Source: a bacterium
Lineage (GTDB): Bacteria > Hinthialibacterota > Hinthialibacteria > Hinthialibacterales > Hinthialibacteraceae
Direction: 5' to 3'
Assembly: GCA_963663405.2 (NCBI GenBank)
Contig: CAXXSM010000056.1
Location: forward strand, 1-12,649
DNA: 12,649 nucleotides
Part shown: positions 1-7,988 of the stretch, piece by piece
How the letters are laid out: each line of letters opens with the position of its first letter
Position numbering within the stretch: position 1 is the stretch's first letter
The notes under the pieces: model-generated
What the model saw: the letters and a program-made list of their open reading frames with translations, nothing else
Databases searched by the model: none
What the model was told of the DNA's origin: nothing
Made by a program: the position numbers and the translations under genes

Positions 1-954
1 TATATAGATGTAAAGTAGAATCGAACGATCGGTCATGTTTTCGATCTCCCCAATCACAGAACCGGTCGCCGCGTCTGAAGGAAACACACGATTGGAAGGA
101 TAATTCGTAATCCGGCGGAGCCCCGATCCATTTGGCTGAATGGCGAAGATATCTGAAGTATAATGAGACTGGATCGCGTCAACCGTGCTGGTGAATCCAA
201 TTTCCCGTCCATCCGGCCGCCATTCGATATCACGGATTTTCTGCAGATACTCATTCGATCCCCAAATAGCGCGGTCATTTGAACCATCCGGTTCTACCAA
301 ACGTAATTCTTGATATTCTTCGTTGATTGTATTCCGATAAGCGATTGTTCCAATCTCATCAGCTAGATTGACCGATCCGTCCGCCCGGATAGAGATATCG
401 TCTACGTGCAATCCAATATTTTGCGCCCACAGAAACAAGACAAAATAGAGTACTTTCCCCTGTTCCACTTCACGTTGTATCGCCGCGATATCATCCGAAG
501 TGAATTGATAGCGGAACGGCGCCCATGAAACAGGCGCGTCATTTGGATCCTGTGTATCGAAACACGTCACAACCGGCGCCGCATAGGGACTCGGTTCTGT
601 ATACAATCCTACACCAAATTCTCCAAACGCCTGTTGTGAGCCGGTTCCATAAAAGCGGTAGTTAAAAGTCAATTCGGCGGAATCCATATTGGGCAGCATA
701 GGAACAAACTGCACAATGGAAGCGACAAAATTTTCATTGTTGAAAAGATCCGTCGGTTCCAGTTTCACACCAAAACCATCCCCTCCATAATCAGCCGTGG
801 CATCAGGCTGAGTGAAGAAACCATTAAGGATCCATGCGTATTTCTCTTCAGCGAAATTTCCATTTACAATCAATTCATGATTCGTGAAGTTCTGTTGTGA
901 AAAGGCTGACAGTGCGATTCCACAGAAACAGATAATCAAACCTAGATTCTTCAT
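1..954 (-). CDS. Secreted protein, partial (3' end outside window): N-terminal CBM-like jelly-roll domain followed by TolB/PD40-like beta-propeller repeats
   Basis: Manual translation: ATG at 954, AGGAGT RBS at 961-966, 318 codons open to position 1 with no stop (hence missing from the ORF track). Begins MKNLGLIICFCGIALSAFS-QQ (Sec signal peptide). LIVNGNF...LHVDDISI brackets a CBM4/9-like sandwich. LVEPDGSNDR, IEWRPDGREIGFTS and DIFAIQPNGSGLRRIT are TolB-like repeats. Confidence 0.85.
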   Translation of the reverse strand, partial: MKNLGLIICFCGIALSAFSQQNFTNHELIVNGNFAEEKYAWILNGFFTQPDATADYGGDGFGVKLEPTDLFNNENFVASIVQFVPMLPNMDSAELTFNYRFYGTGSQQAFGEFGVGLYTEPSPYAAPVVTCFDTQDPNDAPVSWAPFRYQFTSDDIAAIQREVEQGKVLYFVLFLWAQNIGLHVDDISIRADGSVNLADEIGTIAYRNTINEEYQELRLVEPDGSNDRAIWGSNEYLQKIRDIEWRPDGREIGFTSTVDAIQSHYTSDIFAIQPNGSGLRRITNYPSNRVFPSDAATGSVIGEIENMTDRSILLYIYI

Positions 955-1124
955 AACAATACTCCTGTATATTCTTTCCCTAATAAAAATGTATATACTC
1001 CATGATCCTCTCATCATGAAGATCATTCACGAAACGCAAACGAGTGATAATTAGATTTTATAGCAAATCCGCAAGGCGCTCTGCGCCATATCAATTGTAA
1101 ATATCCGCTTTACAGGATCATCAA

Positions 1125-2270
1125 TCAGGACTCCTCTTCAACCAGCCAATCTAAACTGAATCTTGCGAACGTAATTGTTTCGTAGAGTTTTTCTTCTCCG
1201 CTTTCATAAAGCAGATAAATCGTTCCGTCCTTCCCGGCGGTCAGTGAGGAATAAGAACTAATCCCTTCATCAATCAAACGCTTTTTTGGCCAGCTTTTCC
1301 CACAGTCGAAACTCGCCCAGACGGTCATTCGGACTCGTCCGTTGTAGGGAGAAATGGCGCCAGGATTATCCGGCGCGCTGTAGATGAGAATATCTTTGCC
1401 GCCATCTTCTAGGGGCAATCGGACGAGACCGGCGTTGCAGCCATAGCTGGGATTCTTCCCGTATTTAAAATAGTGCGGCCCTCCGACCTCGCGTAAATCA
1501 TCACAGACACGCCAATCAACCCACCGATGACCGCCGTCGTAACTCCAAGCGATACGCCGCCGGTGATCAACCGACATATGGCTGCGGGAATTGTAATAGA
1601 TCCGCCCATCGGATAATTCCGCCAGCGTTCCTTCCCCGGTCCCACTCTGAACAGGTTCACCGGTCTGCCAGGTTATCCCGCCATCGTCACTGTAGAGAGA
1701 TGTATTATAGTTATATTGCCAGTATTCCTGCGCATTGCTTCCCATCGGTGGTTGAATACGAGCGGGCATAACGAGACGGCTTATATGTTCCCCATACATC
1801 AAAGTGATTCCCGATTCCGAACATACAACATCGGCCGGAACGCAATCCGGACTTCCATGCCCAATCGCATTCGGCTTGATGGTGATCTCTTCTTTCTTCC
1901 AAGTCTTTCCATTGTCTTTACTGCGCAACAAGTAGGCATTCGGTGGGCAGACGATCAGAACATCGCCTGTCTTTTCATCAACAACGGCGCCTGCCCGGCC
2001 TTCAGGATTCACGGTTTCCTGGTCGGACCAATTCTCCCCCCTGTCCCCGCTGCGGCGCAGCAGGCGGCACCCATCGGCAAAGGCAAGCAATGAACCATCC
2101 GGCGCCGTTACGAGTTTTGGAATACGTGTATCTTTGTACAACACAGTCGCATACAGGCCGTCAGTTTCCCCCTTATCATTCTCTGCGTCTCCAGTTAAAA
2201 CGATACTAGATACACACAACAACGCCAGAACCATTCCACTTGCTAAAAATCGTACTGCCTTTCGAATCAT
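1125..2270 (-). CDS. Secreted GH33-like sialidase / BNR six-bladed propeller, 381 aa
   Basis: Start moved to ATG 2270 (AAGGAGAG at 2281-2288; removes overlap with the upstream gene; signal peptide MIRKAVRFLASGMVLALLCV). Has TRIP, five Asp-boxes (SGDRGENW, SKDNGKTW, SDDGGITW, SYDGGHRW, SFDCGKSW), EGTLAEL, NSR, GRVRM, SSYSSL and LLYE in canonical order. Confidence 0.85.
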   Translation of the reverse strand: MIRKAVRFLASGMVLALLCVSSIVLTGDAENDKGETDGLYATVLYKDTRIPKLVTAPDGSLLAFADGCRLLRRSGDRGENWSDQETVNPEGRAGAVVDEKTGDVLIVCPPNAYLLRSKDNGKTWKKEEITIKPNAIGHGSPDCVPADVVCSESGITLMYGEHISRLVMPARIQPPMGSNAQEYWQYNYNTSLYSDDGGITWQTGEPVQSGTGEGTLAELSDGRIYYNSRSHMSVDHRRRIAWSYDGGHRWVDWRVCDDLREVGGPHYFKYGKNPSYGCNAGLVRLPLEDGGKDILIYSAPDNPGAISPYNGRVRMTVWASFDCGKSWPKKRLIDEGISSYSSLTAGKDGTIYLLYESGEEKLYETITFARFSLDWLVEEES

Positions 2271-2310
2271 GATTGTTTTTCTCTCCTTATGGATTCTGTT
2301 TTTACTTATC

Positions 2311-3414
2311 TCATTGTTCCATTGTGTTGATCTTAGATGGATCCCAAATTGTGTATGCGATGTAACGTTCATTACGTTCGCTATCGTTAAAATAATATGC
2401 GGTCACACATTTTCCGTCCGTTCGCTGGATCGTCCGGGGATAGCCAAGGTCCCACCCCCCTCCATCGCTGCGAAGAATAATTTCATTACTCCATGTTTTC
2501 CCTTGGTCATCACTGAATACCACCCGAATTCCATACGGTGTTTCACGAAAGCCGTATGTTAAAGCGATTCGTCCATCTTTTAACTTTATCATATGCGGTG
2601 GATTGCCATGATTGTTGATGGTCGGCTCCGCGAGAAGATACCAGTTCCTGCCGTTGTCCGGTGACAGATAACCTTCGATCCACCATTGTTTATTTCCATC
2701 AATAATTCCTCTCCTGCGGATGATAGAAAGCAAACTGGTGTCCGAAAGCCGTAATGTTGATGGCATGATGGAATACCCGCCCTCCCCCGGCTGTTCGCCG
2801 ATCCATCCAATAATCTGCCAGGATAATCCACCGTCTTGCGTACGAATGCAACAGGGCCAGCCTTCCCCACCTCCATCTTTTTCAGTGGCCAAGAAAGCCA
2901 TTAGATCATGTTTTCCATTGACGATATAATCCGTTCGCGCCAGAAGCCCTTTACGGCCAAAATCGGGTAGAAGAAACGGTCCCTGCCAGGTTTTACAGCG
3001 ATCGTAGGAATAATAAAACCGGTTGTTGCGGAACCGCGCGGCGAAACCGGGGCGCGTAAAATCAATCTGTTCATGTAAAATCGATGCGGGACGTTCCGAG
3101 CCGTCTTTATCAATAAAAGAAGGAACTTCGATTTTCCAAGTTTCTCCACCGTCCAGACTTCGCGCCTGACGGACTGAAGAGGGCCTATCCCGGTCGATTG
3201 GGTGCCCTCCATCCGGATTGTCTTTGTAATAGCCAAGGGTGAAACCTACTACGATTTCGTCTCCCCACGACCAAGCGCCATTATTCGCCGGCCATCCACC
3301 AAAACGCCCTTTTTCCATGAACACAACACCATGTTTGACATCAGGAAAATCTTCCTGCGGCCAGCCATTCATTGCGATTAATAAAGTGGAAATAACAAGA
3401 AGCAGCGAACGCAT
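2311..3414 (-). CDS. Secreted BNR/Asp-box beta-propeller protein (sialidase superfamily, substrate unknown), 367 aa
   Basis: Signal peptide MRSLLLVISTLLIAMNG. AAAGGA RBS at 3425-3430. Asp-boxes SLDGGETW, SYDRCKTW, TQDGGLSW, SPDNGRNW, SDDQGKTW. C-terminal DLGYP Tyr motif. No RIP motif. Confidence 0.8.
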   Translation of the reverse strand: MRSLLLVISTLLIAMNGWPQEDFPDVKHGVVFMEKGRFGGWPANNGAWSWGDEIVVGFTLGYYKDNPDGGHPIDRDRPSSVRQARSLDGGETWKIEVPSFIDKDGSERPASILHEQIDFTRPGFAARFRNNRFYYSYDRCKTWQGPFLLPDFGRKGLLARTDYIVNGKHDLMAFLATEKDGGGEGWPCCIRTQDGGLSWQIIGWIGEQPGEGGYSIMPSTLRLSDTSLLSIIRRRGIIDGNKQWWIEGYLSPDNGRNWYLLAEPTINNHGNPPHMIKLKDGRIALTYGFRETPYGIRVVFSDDQGKTWSNEIILRSDGGGWDLGYPRTIQRTDGKCVTAYYFNDSERNERYIAYTIWDPSKINTMEQ

Positions 3415-3491
3415 AATTTCAATATCCTTTCTCTCATACGATTATTCTGTTTTGTATCTATTCTATCAGTGACTTCAAAAACGAAATTATG

Positions 3492-3696
3492 GTTCATGCA
3501 GAAAGTGAGTACTTTTTTTTAACGATCTCTATCGACGACTATCACTGAGAATCAGAGAGAAATAGTTTTTGCGCTATTCAAATGTTTATTGGAATAAGGC
3601 AAAGGCAGATGAAAAACCTTGCCTTTGCTACCCTCTCGTTTTTTTTTACAAAAATACAGATCGTTTTTTAGCACCGTACTCACTCACAGGATGAAC
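3492..3696. repeat. Degenerate ~41-43 bp inverted repeat pair (3492-3532 and 3654-3696)
   Basis: Left arm GTTCAT-gcagaa-AGTGAGTAC-N8-AACGATCTCTAT. Reverse complement of right arm GTTCAT-cctgtg-AGTGAGTAC-N10-AACGATCTGTAT. Confidence 0.5.
3599..3633 (-). repeat. GTAG-class REP-like hairpin; may also act as terminator for the GH31 gene
   Basis: Perfect 9 bp stem GCAAAGGCA (3599-3607) / TGCCTTTGC (3620-3628), 12 nt loop. On the minus strand GTAG (3628-3631) lies at the 5' foot of the stem, and only a weak U-tract (CTTATT) follows. Confidence 0.5.
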
Positions 3697-3768
3697 TGAA
3701 ATGATCTTCATGTGGTGATACAATCAAAATAATTTGCAAGTAGAGTTCTTCTCACATGTCTTATTGAC

Positions 3769-5427
3769 CTACTCCACCTTCCGATACCAAGGCAACCGGT
3801 GAATGGGAGCGTCAACCTCCAATTCACAAGGTCCCTTCACTAATGAGCCGTCATCGCCTTTCCAACGGCCTGAGGGAAATTGAATCATACGTTTTCTTGC
3901 GCCTTTCCACAACACCGGCGCAACGAGGATCGAATCGCCAAGCAGGAATTGGTCATCGCAGTCAATAAATCCCTGATGGGGATATTCATATTCCAAATGG
4001 CGCACAATCGGCTCCCCTGTCTGGGCGGATTCCTTCGCGAGCGCAAGAATCTCATCGCCCATTGTTGTATGCAGTTCCGCCATGGCTTTGCATATTTCCA
4101 AATGTTTCTTATTCAAGACACGCCACGGAGCGACTGAAAACTGCATCATTGGACTCAGAGCATGGCATTGCGCGGCGCGGACGATCAGTTCCTGATCGAC
4201 TTCCTCCAAATTGATAAACGATAAAAAATTCTCCCCCACCGATTAGATCTGGACATGTGAAAGGATATCCCATGATCCCCTGGCAGACGCTGCCGGGGAT
4301 CAATTTCCGAAGGTCCTCCCAATTATGGCTTTTATCCCGCAGCCGTTGGGCGATCGGCTGCCCCCCCATCTTCCAGCACGCGCGATATTCATTCATGGGG
4401 TAGTCTAAACCAATTTGAGCGAACAGTTCGGAATGCTGATTTGGAGTGATCCCGCTCTGAAACGATTTCGCCGGCCCCAACATACGAGACGCTGAATAAT
4501 GAACGGCGTCCCCGCCGTCAAATTTAAAACCATCCACCTGATATGTATCAATTAAATAATCGAGTTGTCCTTTAAACCATTTCTTCCCATCCGGATTGGA
4601 TAAATCCGTAACAGCGCTGAATCCATCCCACCATTGCATAATGGCGGGGAACCCAGGTTTTTCTTGATTCACAATCCAAACCGTTTTTTTCTCATCACTA
4701 TGACCGTAATATAAATCAACATAAAAAGGGCCGTTTGGGGAAATGTATGGGCACACCCACAACATGACTTTGAATCCCAATCCGTGCAATTCATCCATCA
4801 TCCCCTTTGGATCGGGAAACTTGGCTCTATCGAAATCCCAATTTCCATACGATTCCGCCCATCCTTCATCAATCATCAACACACACCCGGCGGGAAGCCG
4901 TTTTCAACGATTTTATGCGCATAATCGAGAATGTCTTTTTGATTCTGGTTGTATGTGAACTCAATCCACGTATTGAACTGCGGTTTCGTAAATAAGAGTG
5001 GATCGGGAATTTTACCGGAGGGGGGGAAGAATGTTTTACTTGCATATTGATACACATCCTTAAGCGATGATCCATGAGAGCCGGTTTGAATGGAGTTAAA
5101 ACGGGAATAAAGATGAATACCTCCGTTTGTAAATTCAAATCGAAAGGGATCTTCCGACCAAATATAACGCCCCTGATTGGAAAGCAGTAAAGGCTGGACC
5201 TGGTTCCCGGCCGTATCCGCGTAGGAATCAAACGAATAGTCTGCATTATGCAGCGGCATCCGGTGGGATTCACTAATCACTCCCGCCCACCATCGCTCCT
5301 CTTTCTGAATCACGATTGTACTTGCGTATTCTCCTGCGTTTCCTTCATGACAAAAGACCGAGATTACGAACGTAAAAATGAGAAATAAAAATGAGTTTCT
5401 TGCGATCAGTCTTTGACGGTATCTCAT
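3769..5427 (-). CDS. GH31 alpha-glycosidase (possibly alpha-galactosidase type), ~551 aa, with two frameshifts
   Basis: Joins ORFs 4876..5427, 4109..4882 and 3769..4239. Removing one extra TG unit at (AC)4 4879-4886 gives GFPPGVLMIDEGW. Removing one base at A6 4223-4228 gives PDLIGGGEFLSF. Motifs: PQFNTW, GFKFDGGD (nucleophile Asp), CPDLIGG (acid/base Asp), MMQFSVAPW, DQFLLGDSILVAPV. Signal peptide and AGGAG RBS at 5438-5442. Confidence 0.85.
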
Positions 5428-5553
5428 TGTGCTATAACTCCTATCGATTATTTTCGCTCTTCCAAAAAATGTAAGAAAAACAACATCCTTGGATTTTCCC
5501 TCGATTCATGCGAAGATCGACCTATCTATTCATAAATCTAAAAAGGAAAATCA

Positions 5554-6999
5554 ATGATGAGGAAATCCAAATTTGTCTTACCGCTATGTACCTTTCTTGC
5601 TGGTTGTTTTATGGTCTCATACGCGTTCTTTCCTGGCAAGTCTTTCGCGGAAGAGATTCCCTTCGTTCAAGTCTGTGAGCGCGATTCCCGGTATTTAGAA
5701 CTTTCAAATGGCGATCCCTACATTCCGATAGGCCTTAATATGCTGCAAGCCTATGCCGAAGGCGGCGCGGAAAAACAATTCGCCAAAATGGAGGAATGGA
5801 TACAAAAACTCTCGGATCAAGGAGGCAACTACATCCGCGTCTGGTTGAGCTCACCCTATTGGGATATCGAACATGAAAAAAGCGGTGTGTACGACGAAGA
5901 GAAAGCAAAACGCATTGACGCGTTGATCCAAACCGCTCGAAAATACAACGTCCGCATCAAAATGACTTTAGAACATTTCCGCTATTTTGAAAGCGATAGA
6001 AATCAATGGGCGGCTAAGCCAATCCACCATGTCTCGCAAGGCGGCCCGGCGCAATCAATCGCCGATTTTTTTGATGGAGAAAAAAGCCGGACTCAATTTA
6101 AACGGAAACTAGCCTGGTTCAAAAACCGTTATAGTAATGAACCGATGATCTATGGCTGGGAATTGTGGAATGAGGTGGATTGTATCCGGGATGGAGATTA
6201 TATGACGTGGACAAAGATTATGCTCGATGAACTTCACTGTCTATTTCCAAAGAATCTCTGCATGCAAAGCCTGGGAAGTTTCGATAATGAAAACAAGCGG
6301 GAACGATATCGCCGCATGAGTTTGATGGATAGGAATGACATCGCTCAAGTCCACCGGTATCTCGATTTAGGCGCAAAGATGACGATCTGTCACGGCCCGG
6401 TGGATGTATTAACCGCCGATGCGATCCATGAACTGCAATCCTATCATCCAAAACGGCCAATCATTCTTGCGGAAAGCGGAGCCGTCGAACCCAGTCATTC
6501 CGGTCCCTTCAAATTGTATAAGAACGACAAACACGGCGTCATTCTTCATGATGTGTTATTCGCTCCTTTTTTTACCGGTTCCGCCGGCACAGGGCAGATC
6601 TGGCATTGGGATCATTATGTGGCCGCCAATGATTTATGGTGGCAGTTTGGCCGGTTCGCGGAAACGGTGAAAGGGATCAATCCCGCTGATGAAAACTTTC
6701 AATCCCTCACGCTCAATCATCCCCGCCTGCGAATCTATGTATTGAAAGGAAATAAAACAACTCTCATATGGTTGCGGGATAAACAGAACACGTGGAAAAC
6801 GGAATTAGAACAAAACCATCCCCCCGAAACTATAACCGATGTAAAAATCGATCTCAACTCAATCGCTCCTTCCGGAACGATTACAATTGACGCATACGAT
6901 CCGTGGGAAAATACATGGTCAAAGATTTCTATAAAAGAGGCGGCGATTGATTTACCCGCGTTTAAACGTTCGTTGGTGTTGCGGTTGCGTGTAAAGTAA
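5554..6999 (+). CDS. Secreted clan GH-A (GH5-like) glycoside hydrolase, 481 aa
   Basis: Signal peptide ending SFA-EE. GGNYIRVW, WELWNE (acid/base Glu), QVHRY, RPIILAESG (nucleophile Glu), IWHWD. Beta-rich C-terminal domain. AAGGA RBS near 5543-5547. Start could be 5557. Confidence 0.8.
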   Translation: MMRKSKFVLPLCTFLAGCFMVSYAFFPGKSFAEEIPFVQVCERDSRYLELSNGDPYIPIGLNMLQAYAEGGAEKQFAKMEEWIQKLSDQGGNYIRVWLSSPYWDIEHEKSGVYDEEKAKRIDALIQTARKYNVRIKMTLEHFRYFESDRNQWAAKPIHHVSQGGPAQSIADFFDGEKSRTQFKRKLAWFKNRYSNEPMIYGWELWNEVDCIRDGDYMTWTKIMLDELHCLFPKNLCMQSLGSFDNENKRERYRRMSLMDRNDIAQVHRYLDLGAKMTICHGPVDVLTADAIHELQSYHPKRPIILAESGAVEPSHSGPFKLYKNDKHGVILHDVLFAPFFTGSAGTGQIWHWDHYVAANDLWWQFGRFAETVKGINPADENFQSLTLNHPRLRIYVLKGNKTTLIWLRDKQNTWKTELEQNHPPETITDVKIDLNSIAPSGTITIDAYDPWENTWSKISIKEAAIDLPAFKRSLVLRLRVK

Positions 7000-7076
7000 A
7001 GAAAAACCGGTGAAACATTCTACAAGTTGAAATCTTCGACTACCCATTACATGAATCAATAAAAAGGAGATTGCCA

Positions 7077-7967
7077 ATGTCTGAAATAATATCCAGAAGA
7101 GGTTTCTTAAACACAACGATGGTTGGGGGAGCGGCGGTGTCTATATCCACTATGATGAACCAATCCTCTTACGCTGATCCAGTTTCAAACAATCCGCCGC
7201 TGCGCATCGGATTGATGACCTATACTCTCGGCAAGGATTGGGACCAGGATACAATTATAAAAAATTGCAAAGAAGCGAAATGGGAACATGCCGAACTGCG
7301 AACGACGCACGCGCATGGTGTGGAAGTCTCTCTGTCTAAATCAGAACGCAGGGAAGTCCGGAAAAAATTTGAAGACGCTGGGATTCAACTTAGCCTCGCC
7401 AGCGCCTTCTCCTACCACTGGGAAGATCCGGCAAAACTGCGCGAACAGATTGAAGGCACAAAAGAATACACACTGCTGGCCCATGACATCGGCGCCCGCG
7501 GCATTCGTGTATTCCCCAATGCGCTCCTGGCGGACAAGGGCATTCCAGTAGAGAAGACCATGGAACAGATCGGCAAAGCCGCCGGCGAAGCCGCCGCCTT
7601 CGCGAATGATTACGGCGTTGAGATCCGGCTATCCAATCATGGCAAAGGCACAAACCGGATTCCAGTGATCCGCTCCATTCTGGATTACGCGGATTGCAAG
7701 TATCTTTATGTCAATTGGAATTGTGACCGGACAGATGTTGATACCCCTGGTTTTAAGGAGAATTTCAATTCCGTAAAAAATCGGATACGCAACATTCATA
7801 TGCACGATTTGACGAATGAAGAATATCCCTATCGGAAACTCTTTACACTCCTTCGAGAAGCGAATTATCCTGGCTATTGTGACGCCGAAGTCGGCCAAAG
7901 CTGCGAGCCGGTTAAATTCATGCAGTACTATCGCGCGCTGTTTCTGGCTCTGCAAAATGAATATTAA
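7077..7967 (+). CDS. Tat-exported xylose-isomerase-like TIM barrel (sugar phosphate isomerase/epimerase, AP_endonuc_2 family), 296 aa
   Basis: AGGAG at 7065-7069 favours ATG 7077 over TTG 7071. SRRGFL Tat motif. AELRTTHAHGVE, GIRVFPN, IHMHDL, YPGYCDAE. Confidence 0.85.
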   Translation: MSEIISRRGFLNTTMVGGAAVSISTMMNQSSYADPVSNNPPLRIGLMTYTLGKDWDQDTIIKNCKEAKWEHAELRTTHAHGVEVSLSKSERREVRKKFEDAGIQLSLASAFSYHWEDPAKLREQIEGTKEYTLLAHDIGARGIRVFPNALLADKGIPVEKTMEQIGKAAGEAAAFANDYGVEIRLSNHGKGTNRIPVIRSILDYADCKYLYVNWNCDRTDVDTPGFKENFNSVKNRIRNIHMHDLTNEEYPYRKLFTLLREANYPGYCDAEVGQSCEPVKFMQYYRALFLALQNEY

Positions 7968-7988
7968 ACTTTGGAAAGGAACGAAACG

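Noticed and set aside
54-287. 77 aa minus-strand ORF in the track
   Set aside because: Out-of-frame shadow inside the real 1..954 CDS.
1069-1088. GGCGC-TCT-GCGCC hairpin as terminator, or TGGC...TTGC as a sigma54 promoter
   Set aside because: The stem is only 5 bp with no real U-tract, and the TGGC-TTGC spacing is 10 nt rather than the 7 needed for sigma54.
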